Shown: piece by piece, positions 41,720 through 51,962 of the stretch
Position numbering within the stretch: the first letter of the stretch is position 1
Layout: the number at the start of each line of letters is the position of its first letter
DNA from: Octopus sinensis
Taxonomy: Eukaryota
DNA: 64,000 bases
Reading direction: 5' to 3'
NCBI RefSeq assembly: GCF_006345805.1
Contig: NW_021832120.1
Span: 62,001-126,000 of the forward strand
Program-made: the position numbers and the translations under genes
The notes under the pieces: generated by a model
What the model was told of the DNA's origin: nothing
Seen by the model: the letters and a program-made list of their open reading frames with translations, nothing else
Databases searched by the model: none

Positions 41720-42983
41720 TATATGAACAGTTTTCGTTAATTTCATAAATAAAAAAGTTGTTCACATACATATGTCAAACCAAACATAACAATTATTTTG
41801 GTAAAAAAAGTTATAAAGTTTTTAAACTTTTAAGGAAAATGCGTGAAGAAAGCAGATATTCCAACCTCCAAATATTTTGAGGTATTCTTAATTAATCAAA
41901 CTATCAAATCAAACTTTATAATAATTTATACTTAATTAATCAAACGAATTTCCGTTTAGCGGTTTAATTCTTGGTATTTCAAATCCACTAAATTATAGTT
42001 TACTGACTACAAATGTCTTAAATACAATGCTAGTATTCACAAAAATGCTTTCCAATCTTTTCTTTAACGCTATTGAATGAATATACGACTAAACAGTTCC
42101 TTTGATCTCATCAACGTGTATATAAATCAAGTAACATTGGCGTTCTGAAATATGTAATGTTGATTGTTGTGTTGTTCTTAAATGACTTGTTGATCAATCT
42201 TTATTTTCCCATTTTCGATGTATATATTCCTTAAATCAATTAAATTTTGTTAAAATTTCAACTCGGATTTAAACACAAAACAAATTTGTTTTATGACATA
42301 TAAAAAGTGTCAAAAAATATGATTAAGTGTTACTCTAATAAATTAAAATTCAGAAAAAAGAAACTCGGCTGCACCATTCTCTCAGAGGATGTAAAAAATC
42401 TTTATAAATCGTATTTTTTTTACATGTTTGTTATTTAATGCAGAATCCATAAATGTTCTGGTAGATTGAGAATGGTGATTATTGTAGAATTTGAAAACAA
42501 TTAGCACTGTGCAAAGGAAACTAGTCGTAAATCTAAAACAAAAACACTCATAATTGAAGTTCCAAACAAAGACATTCTCGCATTTATACACAACCCTAAC
42601 TCTTACTATTAGAATGACATTGTATTCAACAAAATTCAGTTTCTGGATAAGTTTTGACTAAAAAAACATGTGCGCTGATTGGGTCTACAAAAACAGGCAC
42701 AGAGATGAAGCCATAACAAATGAAAGGATACTTTTGCATGTGAGTGAGAGATATCTCAGTTAGTGTGGACTGTATTGACAAATTTAAGTATCACAAAGTA
42801 ACAAATCTATATCTTGTTTAAACTTGACGAAACATGCAATAACTTTGGACATATCAAACCACATTTTGATATCGAAAATAACAAGATCGATTAAATAAAG
42901 GCCGAGTACTCACTGATTGATAGAAAAAAACTAACAAGGAAACAGGCGAGTATTGCAGTTTAATAAAAATAGTCAAAAGTAAT

Positions 42984-44218
42984 TTATGTGTAGATAAATA
43001 ACCATCGCAAAGTCTCTGGGAGTGTCTGAGTCGAGAAGTGGATCAGAATGTAGGAGGACAGCTTGTCGACGAACGTGGACACTTGAGAGAGGAGGGAAAG
43101 AGCTTCACTGAACTTTTCTCGATGGACATGCCCCTCGTAAATGTAAGAAAAATATTTCTTTAAACACAACAAATATTCATTCTCAATGTCCGCCAACCCA
43201 TTGACGTTCCCCTAAAATAGCTGAGCAAAGTCAACCAGACTGTCCACAAGGATGATGAGCATGATAGTGCAAAAGAAGAGAATGAAAGTCGTGTTGTACC
43301 CATCCACAAGCGTGTACAGTCTCTTGGTGACAACACAGAGGTTGGGAAATAGCTGGGCACCATTTAGTTCGTCCTGAACTATAATTGGACTAAAAGACCT
43401 TCAGAGCTGCAAATTTCAAGAAATGGCAAGGGAAATTCCAGCCTTTGATTTCTGGAGTGAAAAGTTTGAATGCGCGGAGGAACGTTCTAGTGATGATAAA
43501 CTTGTTGATAGTGTCGATAGGAATGGCGGAAAGGTGTGCCTCGATGGGGAAAATACCGGAGACAAACTCGGGTATGGGCAGGGACTGTACTTTAGTAATC
43601 AATTTGTGGTCGAATTCGATCTTGAGACGTATTAGCCTGTCGACGTCAAAGCAGTTTATTTTGTTGGGGTCGGTGACGTCACCGTTCACTTTATGGAAGA
43701 GTTCGGTCAATTTTTTAATCATATTCAACTAGGAGTGAGGGACACGACTCTCACGTCAGTCTCAGTCAGCATTCGTCTGTTTGAACTGCTGTCAAAATGT
43801 TGCGGTATTTCCGACTGAGTGGTGGAATTTAAGCACCAACCTGATTTAGGTTAGCTTGGATACGAGAGAGAGTTCGCTGGTTTCTCCTGTTCTGCACTTT
43901 TTCGTTCCTCACTCGTTTTTCCTCGTCATCTGCCAGCTGGACACACAGCAGGCTAACTGAGAATCATATCCGACTTCATTCCGATGGCAATGCACTTTTT
44001 AAGTCGGCAATGCTGACAGAACCTCCTCGTCTGGACGGTCACCTGACACACATTCTCAAACTGACAGTTGTTTATCTACTTGTCACTCAGTCCCTCACTT
44101 GTTTCTTGGCATTTCTACGGAAAAACGCCTTGCAGGACTCGCAGGACACGACTCCGAAATTACACCCTATCGCCTCGTCCCCACATATCTGACAATCTCG
44201 CCTTTTCAAGCTCGCCAT
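42984..44218 (-). CDS. Hr96: Nuclear hormone receptor, NR1J (HR96/DAF-12/NHR-8-like), DBD plus divergent LBD
   Basis: MASLKRRDCQICGDEAIGCNFGVVSCESCKAFFRRNAKKQ|INNCQFENVCQVTVQTRRFCQHCRLKKCIAIGMKSDMIL|NDEEKR. P-box CESCKA. The C-terminal IENEYLLCLKKYFSYIYEG...LPETLRWLF resembles the HR96 LBD helices 10-12. The DBD is missed by the ORF track because introns split it. Confidence 0.9.
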
Positions 44219-44386
44219 GTACCCAAACCAGAGTTCAAGTAGACTAAAAAGCGATGAACCGAGTTTTATGACAATTTCGAAATTTGCGGTTAATCATACA
44301 CACGGAAATTTGTGGCTGAATATTGATTGCTCATTCTCGAAACAACTCCTTAAAACATGCATTGTATCCCCAATAGGGCAAAATAA

Positions 44387-46170
44387 TCAGTGTTGGTAAA
44401 GAAGGAGAGGACTAAGACAGACGGGACACGTCTTTTTGATGGCAGACCACTGACGGAGACAAGCCAGGTGGAAGACATGTGTGCAGTAGAGGTAGCACGA
44501 ATCAGCCGATTCCAAGTCATCGATACAAATCGAGCAAATATTACTCCTCCGATCCAACTGCTCCTGGGAAGCCCGTGGAAGACTGTTACAAAAAGTATTG
44601 ACCCAATTCCTGTCCCACAAATAATTAAATACTTGATTGCCCTACAACTCAGCCACTCAACACCACCTTCATATATATATTAACATATATATGCAGAAAT
44701 ATAGTCAGCAGTCGGAAAATGCCTCCTTTCCGGTAGAGAGTGAGCACAGCAGTACACAAAAGCAACACTCCCAACAAATACTTGACCCCCTCTCCCACTC
44801 CACTCACCACAAAGTCCACCGTCGACCCAAACTCCGTCAACGTCCCCCAATAACGCTTATAGTAGTAATAACTCAACACACACAGCATAGCCAGGGCAGA
44901 CACGTCGTTCTACACTCAAACCACTCAGTACCTCCAACACCAGAATCACCATGGTGAATAACCAGGCATCCCTCGCCCGGGTAAGCACAAGATATACCCC
45001 AGCCATTGTCGACAGTATCAAAATGACAATCGCGGAAATAAACGGACGGACATCGGAGAGAGGGATGTATGTATAACCTCCACTCTCCTGCAAATATGTC
45101 TTCATTATCTCGTGGAGTAGAAACAGTGTGTTGAGAAGAAGCAACCACGTATTGTTCTGCAGTAAAGGCAGTCTTTCCCTAAAGAATAGAACTATCAGTA
45201 CTCACGTGAGAGGAATGGAAGGGACTTGATTGACCAGGGACATCCACACCACGAATATTCCATAAAGAAGTTCCAAAACCCCGGTTATGTCCGAGTCCAC
45301 TCCACACAGTCCCAACAACTTGGTAAAAAACAATCCACAATACGAACAGAAGGTGGAAAATGAGAATATTTTGATATAACTCGACGTGAACTCGCCCAGG
45401 ACGACACTCAGGCCAGTCAGAGTGAACAAATCAGTCCAATTGGCCATTTTAGTCCAGGGGATGACCACACAGGCCAGGAATCCGTACAATCTGAGGGCAC
45501 TCACATTGTTGGACATTGACAAATTGACCAAATCTATTTGGAAGGACAAATCAAACTGCAGGGAAATTGGGAAATAATCAAATGACACAATTCGACCCAC
45601 AAAATCACCCAAAGACCGAAAATCGAGTTCAAAAAACCAGAAAATGAGCAATCCGTTACAAGCAAGGGAGAAAATGGAGAATAAATTAGCACAAGCCAGC
45701 CAAAATGGACTCCAATTGGGAGGGAGGAGGACAGCCAGGCCAAACAATACAAATAAAGTGAGTCCCAGTTTGTGGAGAGACTCAATTGAGGGGGAATGAG
45801 TGTTGAGAGGGTGGGACAGTACGACGAGCATAAGGAGGAGACAGAGGACTGAGATGACAGCACAGAATGAGGGGATGGTCGAGCACAGGGGGGATATGTC
45901 CCTGCAAATGTGATTGATTGTAGTTAGTAGGAAAATGGACATCATTTGTGTGTAGAATGGGTAGATGGAGGACATTGGTTTACAGAAATAAAGAATGGTG
46001 AGGATAATGAGGTACATCTTGAGGAAGAAGGGGAATAGGGTGTCCAGTAGAGGAGGCAGGGTTTGGGGTAGCATGTAGTGGACTACCACGTTGTCATCCA
46101 GGTTGCTCATGTGCTCCAGAAAATAGATTAGTGGGAGTTTTACGATGGATTCACATAGGTTATTTAGCAT
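44387..46170 (-). CDS. RNF139 (TRC8)/RNF145-type polytopic ER E3 ubiquitin ligase with RING-H2
   Basis: N-terminal LCESIVKLPLIYFLE (TRC8_N-like), many TM helices, FLHIYVNIY, NSLPRASQEQL, and RING-H2 CSICIDDLESADSCYLYCTHVFHLACLRQWSAIKKTCPVC. Confidence 0.85.
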
Positions 46171-46229
46171 GTGTGAGTGGCTCACCACAGCAATGTAGAA
46201 AATACTATTTTACGAAATTTAAATTATTT

Positions 46230-46540
46230 TGATATCAATTTGTCTTGACAGTAAAATTTAAACAAATAAAAAAAAACTTCCAAAAAAGAAATATCTGAAG
46301 TTGAAGGATCCTGCTCAAATATACAGGCGTCAACAGCAGAAAACAAAACGTTATCTAAACTAACACACCTTGAAATTTTTAAGGCTATAAACAAACTAAA
46401 AAACACGCCAATAATCACAAATCTTATGACCAAGATATTCAATATTGGGGCAGATTTTCTTACCAACATTTGTCTGATAATATTTCTGAAAATCTTCTTG
46501 CTCGTACTATTTATTTATTGAACCAGAAAACCACCGTCAT
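46230..46540 (-). mobile_element. Possible gypsy-type RT remnant
   Basis: IEYLGHKI motif in a short disrupted frame. Confidence 0.3.
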
Positions 46541-46554
46541 AGCCAAGAAAGAAG

Positions 46555-47745
46555 AATTCAGGTGATCCCAGCCTCCCTCAGCAGTTCGCGCAGCCTCTCC
46601 GATGTTCCGCCGTTGTCCCGACGCATTTCGGTACGGACGGGGATTTTCAGGACGAACCTCTCTGTTGTTCCAGGCTTTTGGGATAATCTCTTTAGGAGAA
46701 AGTATTCAGCAGGTTCGCCGCTTCACCCGATTTTGTCGATTTTTGATTGATTGTTTGCACTTAAGTTTGTTCCCCAAATTCCGCACGCATAGCCGATCGT
46801 AGGTTCCAAGTATTGATTATATATGTTGTTTAGGCCATATAGGCCTTTGCATTCTCCTGCGTTCTTAGGAAGGCATTCAGGGAGTTAATCTTTCTTGCAC
46901 CCGCCAAACTACATTTTCGACGGGGTTGAAAAGGTTGAAAGGTGTCGAATGTAACTCCAAGGAATCTTCTGGGTTTTGCTCTGCGGATAATTTCCCCGTC
47001 TAACTTCGCTTCAATTGAGACTTTCCAAGCCTTCTGTTTTTCGTAAACAGAGTCAAAATAGATTTTCCGGACTTGCCTCCAGTTCGTTTTTATATAGCCA
47101 TGAAATCAGATTGTTGAGGTTATCCTGTTTCTATCCGTTGCTTTTATTATGCTCACATCCCTTGATGCGACGATAATATCGTCTGCATTAGTAATAACAG
47201 ATCGTTGTCCCCTTCTGGCTGTGGTATGTCGTTCATCATGAGATTGAATAAAAGTGGAATAGTGGAGAACCTGAGGGACCCCATTTGGTAATAATCTCGA
47301 TATGGAAGATCTGTTTCCACAGCAAGCCCTTCCCCGACGCCCGCTCACAGAAATTCCCAGCCATAGTTTTAGATTCGTATCAATATTTGAGGAATAGATC
47401 TTTTGTGTGAGTATTTTCCTTGGCACCGAATCGAAAGCCTTCTTTTGTCGATCGAGCAGATAATGAATTTTCCTGTTTAGGTTTTTTGTTTAGACCGTCT
47501 GATATAAACTTCATTAAAGCATTTAGGTGTGTGACAGTTGATCGCCCCTCTTTGAATCCATGTTGGAAACTGACTTCTGGGAGGAGGGAGCGAATCAAAG
47601 TCATCACCATTCTCTCTAGAATTCGTGCCTGGACGCATAAAAGGGACAGTGGCCTGTATGATCCAGGTTGCTCCTTCGGTTTTCCAGGCTTCAGGATTGG
47701 TGAATGCACGACAGTTTCCATTTGTTGGAATGAAATTGAATTTGC
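46555..47745 (-). mobile_element. 5'-truncated, degraded non-LTR retrotransposon (RT to C-terminus)
   Basis: PILKPGKPKEQPGSYRPLSLL, FQHGFKEGRST, KAFDSVPR, NGVPQ, NADDIIV and FLGVTFD, ending LLREAGIT*. Confidence 0.88.
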
Positions 47746-47847
47746 ACGAGCAATTGTAGGTCTCTATAGTACAAATAATAAAGCATTAAAAATATATAGG
47801 AATATAATTGATATTATTTGTCTAATTTATTAATAATAAATAAAATA

Positions 47848-47857
47848 GTGACATTGC
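47848..47857 (+). promoter_or_regulatory. Candidate antioxidant-response element (RTGACnnnGC) upstream of PSMD6
   Basis: GTGACATTGC 34-43 nt before the PSMD6 ATG. CNC factors (NFE2L1/CncC) are established activators of proteasome genes through AREs. Untested here. Confidence 0.35.
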
Positions 47858-47890
47858 TGTGGGCATGCTTACGTCGTATAACAACTAGAA

Positions 47891-49114
47891 ATGGCTGCCA
47901 GCGAGGAAATATGCGAGAAAATACCAAACCTGGACGTGGCGAAGTGGATTTTCGAGCTAAGCAACACCCCCAACTACGAGACAGCCCAAAAACTGCACTC
48001 CACCCTCGTGGAAAAAGGCAGAAACCCCAACTAACCTCCCAGACATGTCTCTATTCTACCAAACAGCCTGCCGTACACTGAACTGGACAGAAGACGAGGC
48101 AGTCTTGTCAAAAATGAAAAAGAACAACGCCAAGACAATTTCCGACCTGGAAAACGAACTCAAATTCGCCACAGAAAACCTGGGAGAAGTGGAAATCAAA
48201 AAAGTAAAATACAAAAAAGCGAAATACCACGCCTCAATCGGAGACAGAGTAATTCCTCTCCTCATGCTTAGGACAGTGCCCTGGAAGTGCTCGAGTTGTT
48301 GTTGGAGGGGACCAACACGGTGGGACAGAACTTGCAGTACCACTTCCTGATGATGCGAATATACTTCTTCTACCTGGAGAGTGAGAATATGCGGGCAACC
48401 ATCGAACGGGCACAAAAGTGAGTTTAATTCCTCATTTGTAGGTTTGTGGAGGACGCTGGGGACTGGGAACAGAGAAACCGTCTCAAGATTTACCGTGGAC
48501 TTTATTTACTCACAATCCGCGACTTCCGTGGAGCTGCTGACTCATTCCGTGACGGAGTGTCCACATATACGAGCACGGAGTTGATGGACTATGGGGAGTT
48601 TGCGACATACACGATATTCTCGTACGTGTTTGCCTACGACCGGCGGGAAATGAAGAAGGACGTGATCAAGTCCTCGGATATCCAGGAAGCCCTGTTCGAC
48701 CTGCCTTTGCCACGGGAGTTGTTCAATTCCTTCTACCAGTGCCACTACAAACAGTTTTTTGTGTTGTTGGGGGAGACGGAGGAGTTTATGAAGAAGGACA
48801 GATATTTGCGGCCTCACTACTCCCACTATGTGAGCCACGTCAAATTGAGGGCGTACAAACAGTTGTTGGAGGCATACTCCAGTCTGTCCATCAAGTACAT
48901 GGCCGACCTGTTTGGGGTGACCGAGGAGTACATTGACAGAGAACTGTCCATGTATGTGGGGTGTGGCAAACTTCAATGCAGTATCAATAAAGTGGAAGGA
49001 ATAGTGGAGACCACCCGGAAGGACGACCGGAGTGTCCAATATCACAATATTATTCGACTTGGCGATAAATTGCTGAATCGAATACAAAAACTCAGTCGGG
49101 TTATTAATCTCTGA
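47891..49114 (+). CDS. PSMD6: 26S proteasome non-ATPase regulatory subunit 6 (Rpn7)
   Basis: DMSLFYQTACRTLNW, NLGEVEI, DAGDWEQRNRLKIYRGLY and the PCI-domain end CSINKVEGIVETTR...LLNRIQKLSRVINL. The first intron is GC-AG (48018-48042). Confidence 0.95.
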
Positions 49115-49154
49115 TTGTTCTCTCTAATTCTTTTCCCAACAAAAGGAGTGTTTA

Positions 49155-50431
49155 TTAGTCACATGGAATAGACAGACAGGTCTCGTCAAAGCTCACTCTC
49201 GGGGGAGGACGACGGAATTTTTCCAGTTTGAACTCGGAACATAAAATAATCCGCTTTTCTCCACCAACACACTTAATTAGTTTCATTTCCTGTAACGTCG
49301 AGATCAAATCCTTGGGACTGATCCCAGTCTTGTAAGCCATATCCAAATATCACTCCACAATACCATTTATACACAACCGACGAGACTCCCCTCGTCCATC
49401 CAACCACTCAACCACCTTCCACCTCCAATATGCCCTGTAGGCGTGCAGTCCGTGGTCGGAAATGGGCTTCTCAGGTGTGCCCGTAGTCCCCTCCAGGCGG
49501 GTGAGAGCATAGCCTGAATGAGGAAGGACAATACTCAGTTCAATGAGGAGTCTGCCCAAACCAGTCCTCTGTTGGTGGGGCATCACCAGAATGCAGGACA
49601 GGTTGTACTCAGAACACTTCTCCTTTGAGAAATACCCCAGAAAGTGACACCCCCCTCTCACCAACACATAGAAAAGGAAGGGTTTCACGTCATAAATCAA
49701 CGTTTTGTGTCCAATCAACAATTTGGCCACCAAACAAAGTCGCTGACAGTACACCTGGGACTTGTTTCCGTCCACCTCAAACACGGAAAGGTCATCTTTG
49801 CGGTATATCTCATCCCCCGGCGGATTCCCTACACATTTGGTCTGCCTGGTCACTCTCACACACTCACGTGATGTCGCTGGTAGGCACACAAATCGTCCAT
49901 CAGTTTGAAACAGAACTGGCAGACGTAGAGGAGGGAGGACTGGCTGACGTTGGGAGGGAGGGGAGCCGAGTACTGCACATCCATCAGCCAGTCCCCCACC
50001 TGGATTTGTCTCAATGTCCCCTTCTGGCACTCCACGTAGGCCTGAGTGGAGAATTGGCAGTACTTTATTGTTGCTGGCCAGGATTTGTGCCTTGCGGAAG
50101 AAGAGGAGTGTGTTTGGGGAGGAAAGGTTCTCCAGGAGGGGTTCCCTGTCCTGGCTGTCCTCACTTCGAAGGTTTTGGAGGTCTGCCTGCCCCAACTGCC
50201 AGTCGAGGATATCGTCGTAGTACTCACGTGAGCGATTGAGTCTTGTGACCACATCTCCTCGGATGTTTAGAATTCTCTTTCTTTATATATAAATACTACT
50301 TTGCACTGTGATGTGGAGAGATTGTGGAAGAGGGGACATTCTGGTGGGTGTCTGTGCTTCATACTTCTCCCGTTCATGTGTCCTTTCGAGTCACACCCTA
50401 CTACTGTGCACGTGTCATCCACTGTCGTCAT
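49155..50431 (-). CDS. KAT7: MYST histone acetyltransferase KAT7/HBO1-like
   Basis: N-terminal C2HHC finger CTVVGCDSKGHMNG...CPLFHNLSTSQCK. MYST domain PPGDEIYRKDDLSVFEVDG, HKTLIYDV, NLSCIL and GTPEKP (catalytic Glu). Confidence 0.9.
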
Positions 50432-50565
50432 TGCCACACAAGAACAACTAATAATCAATTATTATAAATAAATTTTATATAATTTAACCAGTTTAAAATA
50501 TTTAAAATAAATCAATTAAATATATTAAAAACAGTTGTTGAGTTAGAAATAGGAATTAGAGAATA

Positions 50566-51820
50566 TCACTGTTGTATCACACATATTTTGCCACTCCTCT
50601 TCCTCATTTGTTTCTTCCTCTCCTTCTCCTGCCACTTCTTATTGGCCACTCCATCATCCTGAAGAGACTGCAACTCCCTCTGTCTCCTCTCATCCCTCCT
50701 CTTCTGGTCCTTCTCCTGTCGCTGTGAATAGTTCTGTCTGGACACAGCCTCCCTCAACTTGTCCCTCTTCTTCTCAGCCTTCATGGCCAACTCCTTGCCC
50801 AGTCTAGTCCGACTGACCTTCTCACACAAACACATAACCAAGTCACACATCCCCCACAAGTCCCCCTCCGTGTCCACACATGTCACCACCACCACCCTCT
50901 CCCCCTCCTCACTCAACACTCCCACCAATTCACTCACAGTCTTAGTCCCCCCACTCAACTCCATGCTGTGTCCCACGTATGTGTCCGATATGTGGATACT
51001 CTCCACCCAGGGGGATACTCTTCGGAAGGCACTGGCCACTCTCTGGTCGAATATGAGGGGCACCAGTTCACTGTTCTCGCTCACACATCCAAACTCGGAA
51101 GGCAAGATGTCCAGCTTCTTTGGACTGCAGAAAAATGCCTTTTTATTATTTGTATTTATTACAATGTCTGGATATTTATTTGATAATTCTTTTATTTTAT
51201 TTTGTCTTGATATTGCGAAAACCATTTTGTCCATTTCTTTTAGAGTGGCGACCATAGTCTGCAAATAAACTGGCGGGAATATCTACAATTGTGTCATGTC
51301 TTTTAGTGCCCACTTTCTGTCTAACCACCGACACCAAGTCGTGCCTTTTGACCAATTCAAGGCTGAGGACAAACTTCTGAATAACACAATTGCCACTACA
51401 CCACAACAAATAAACGTGGTCACTCTGCTTGACCCACTCCTCTCCCTCATCCCCTACCAAAATCCACTTCTGGCCATACCCACGTGGGAGAAGCGTTCTT
51501 TGAAGTAGGGAATGACGTCACTGAGGACAGAATTGGCTATTGCTGTGTTGGCATCACTCCCGTTGAGATAGGAGAGCAAATAAAGGAGTATTATGAGTAG
51601 TGAAATGTACTCCACGTAGTACTCAATCCAGGCATGCACTGCTGGGTGATTTGTGACCAACACAGTCTCGTCATATGGCTGGGTTGTGGGGGAGGACTCA
51701 CTTATCTGGTCCTCTATTTGATACAGCACAAAGGAACTAACCAAAATCGTCAAAATCGACATCTTCGAACATGTCTTGTGCTCCTATTCCCACTGAGAGT
51801 ACAACCAGGTAAAAGAACAT
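50566..51820 (-). CDS. CCDC47: PAT complex subunit CCDC47
   Basis: Signal peptide, acidic stretch, TM (YYVEYISLLIILLYLLSYLNG), HVYLLWCSG, LELVKRHDLVSVV and a C-terminal charged coiled coil ending WQEKERKKQMRKRSGKI. Confidence 0.88.
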
Positions 51821-51962
51821 GTGGTCACACAAGAGGATAATTAATTTAAAATCTTATTATTACTTGTCATTAATTTATTATTAATAAATTGGTTATTAAT
51901 TACTACTAAACTAAAAAACAATATTAATTGAATATTGATTAAGAGAAGATTAAAAAATAGTT

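Noticed and set aside
42382-42900. Possible extra gene downstream of the nuclear receptor
   Set aside because: Only short low-complexity AT-rich ORFs; no motif or consistent splice model.
43160-43728. Membralin (TMEM259)-like membrane protein
   Set aside because: The initial resemblance was superficial. The exons lie in frame downstream of a C4 zinc-finger DBD and match an HR96-type LBD better.
46224-46469. ORF as the N-terminus of the RNF139-like gene
   Set aside because: The TRC8_N-like motif starts at ATG 46170. The upstream segment carries an IEYLGHKI retroelement motif in another frame.
4363-49363. Stop-codon reassignment or readthrough to explain in-frame stops (e.g. TGA at 4378 in H1, TGA at 49350 in KAT7)
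   Set aside because: Nearly all such stops fall inside short GT/GC-AG segments whose removal restores conserved motifs. The 2980-aa sacsin ORF is open under the standard code, and all three stops are used as terminators.
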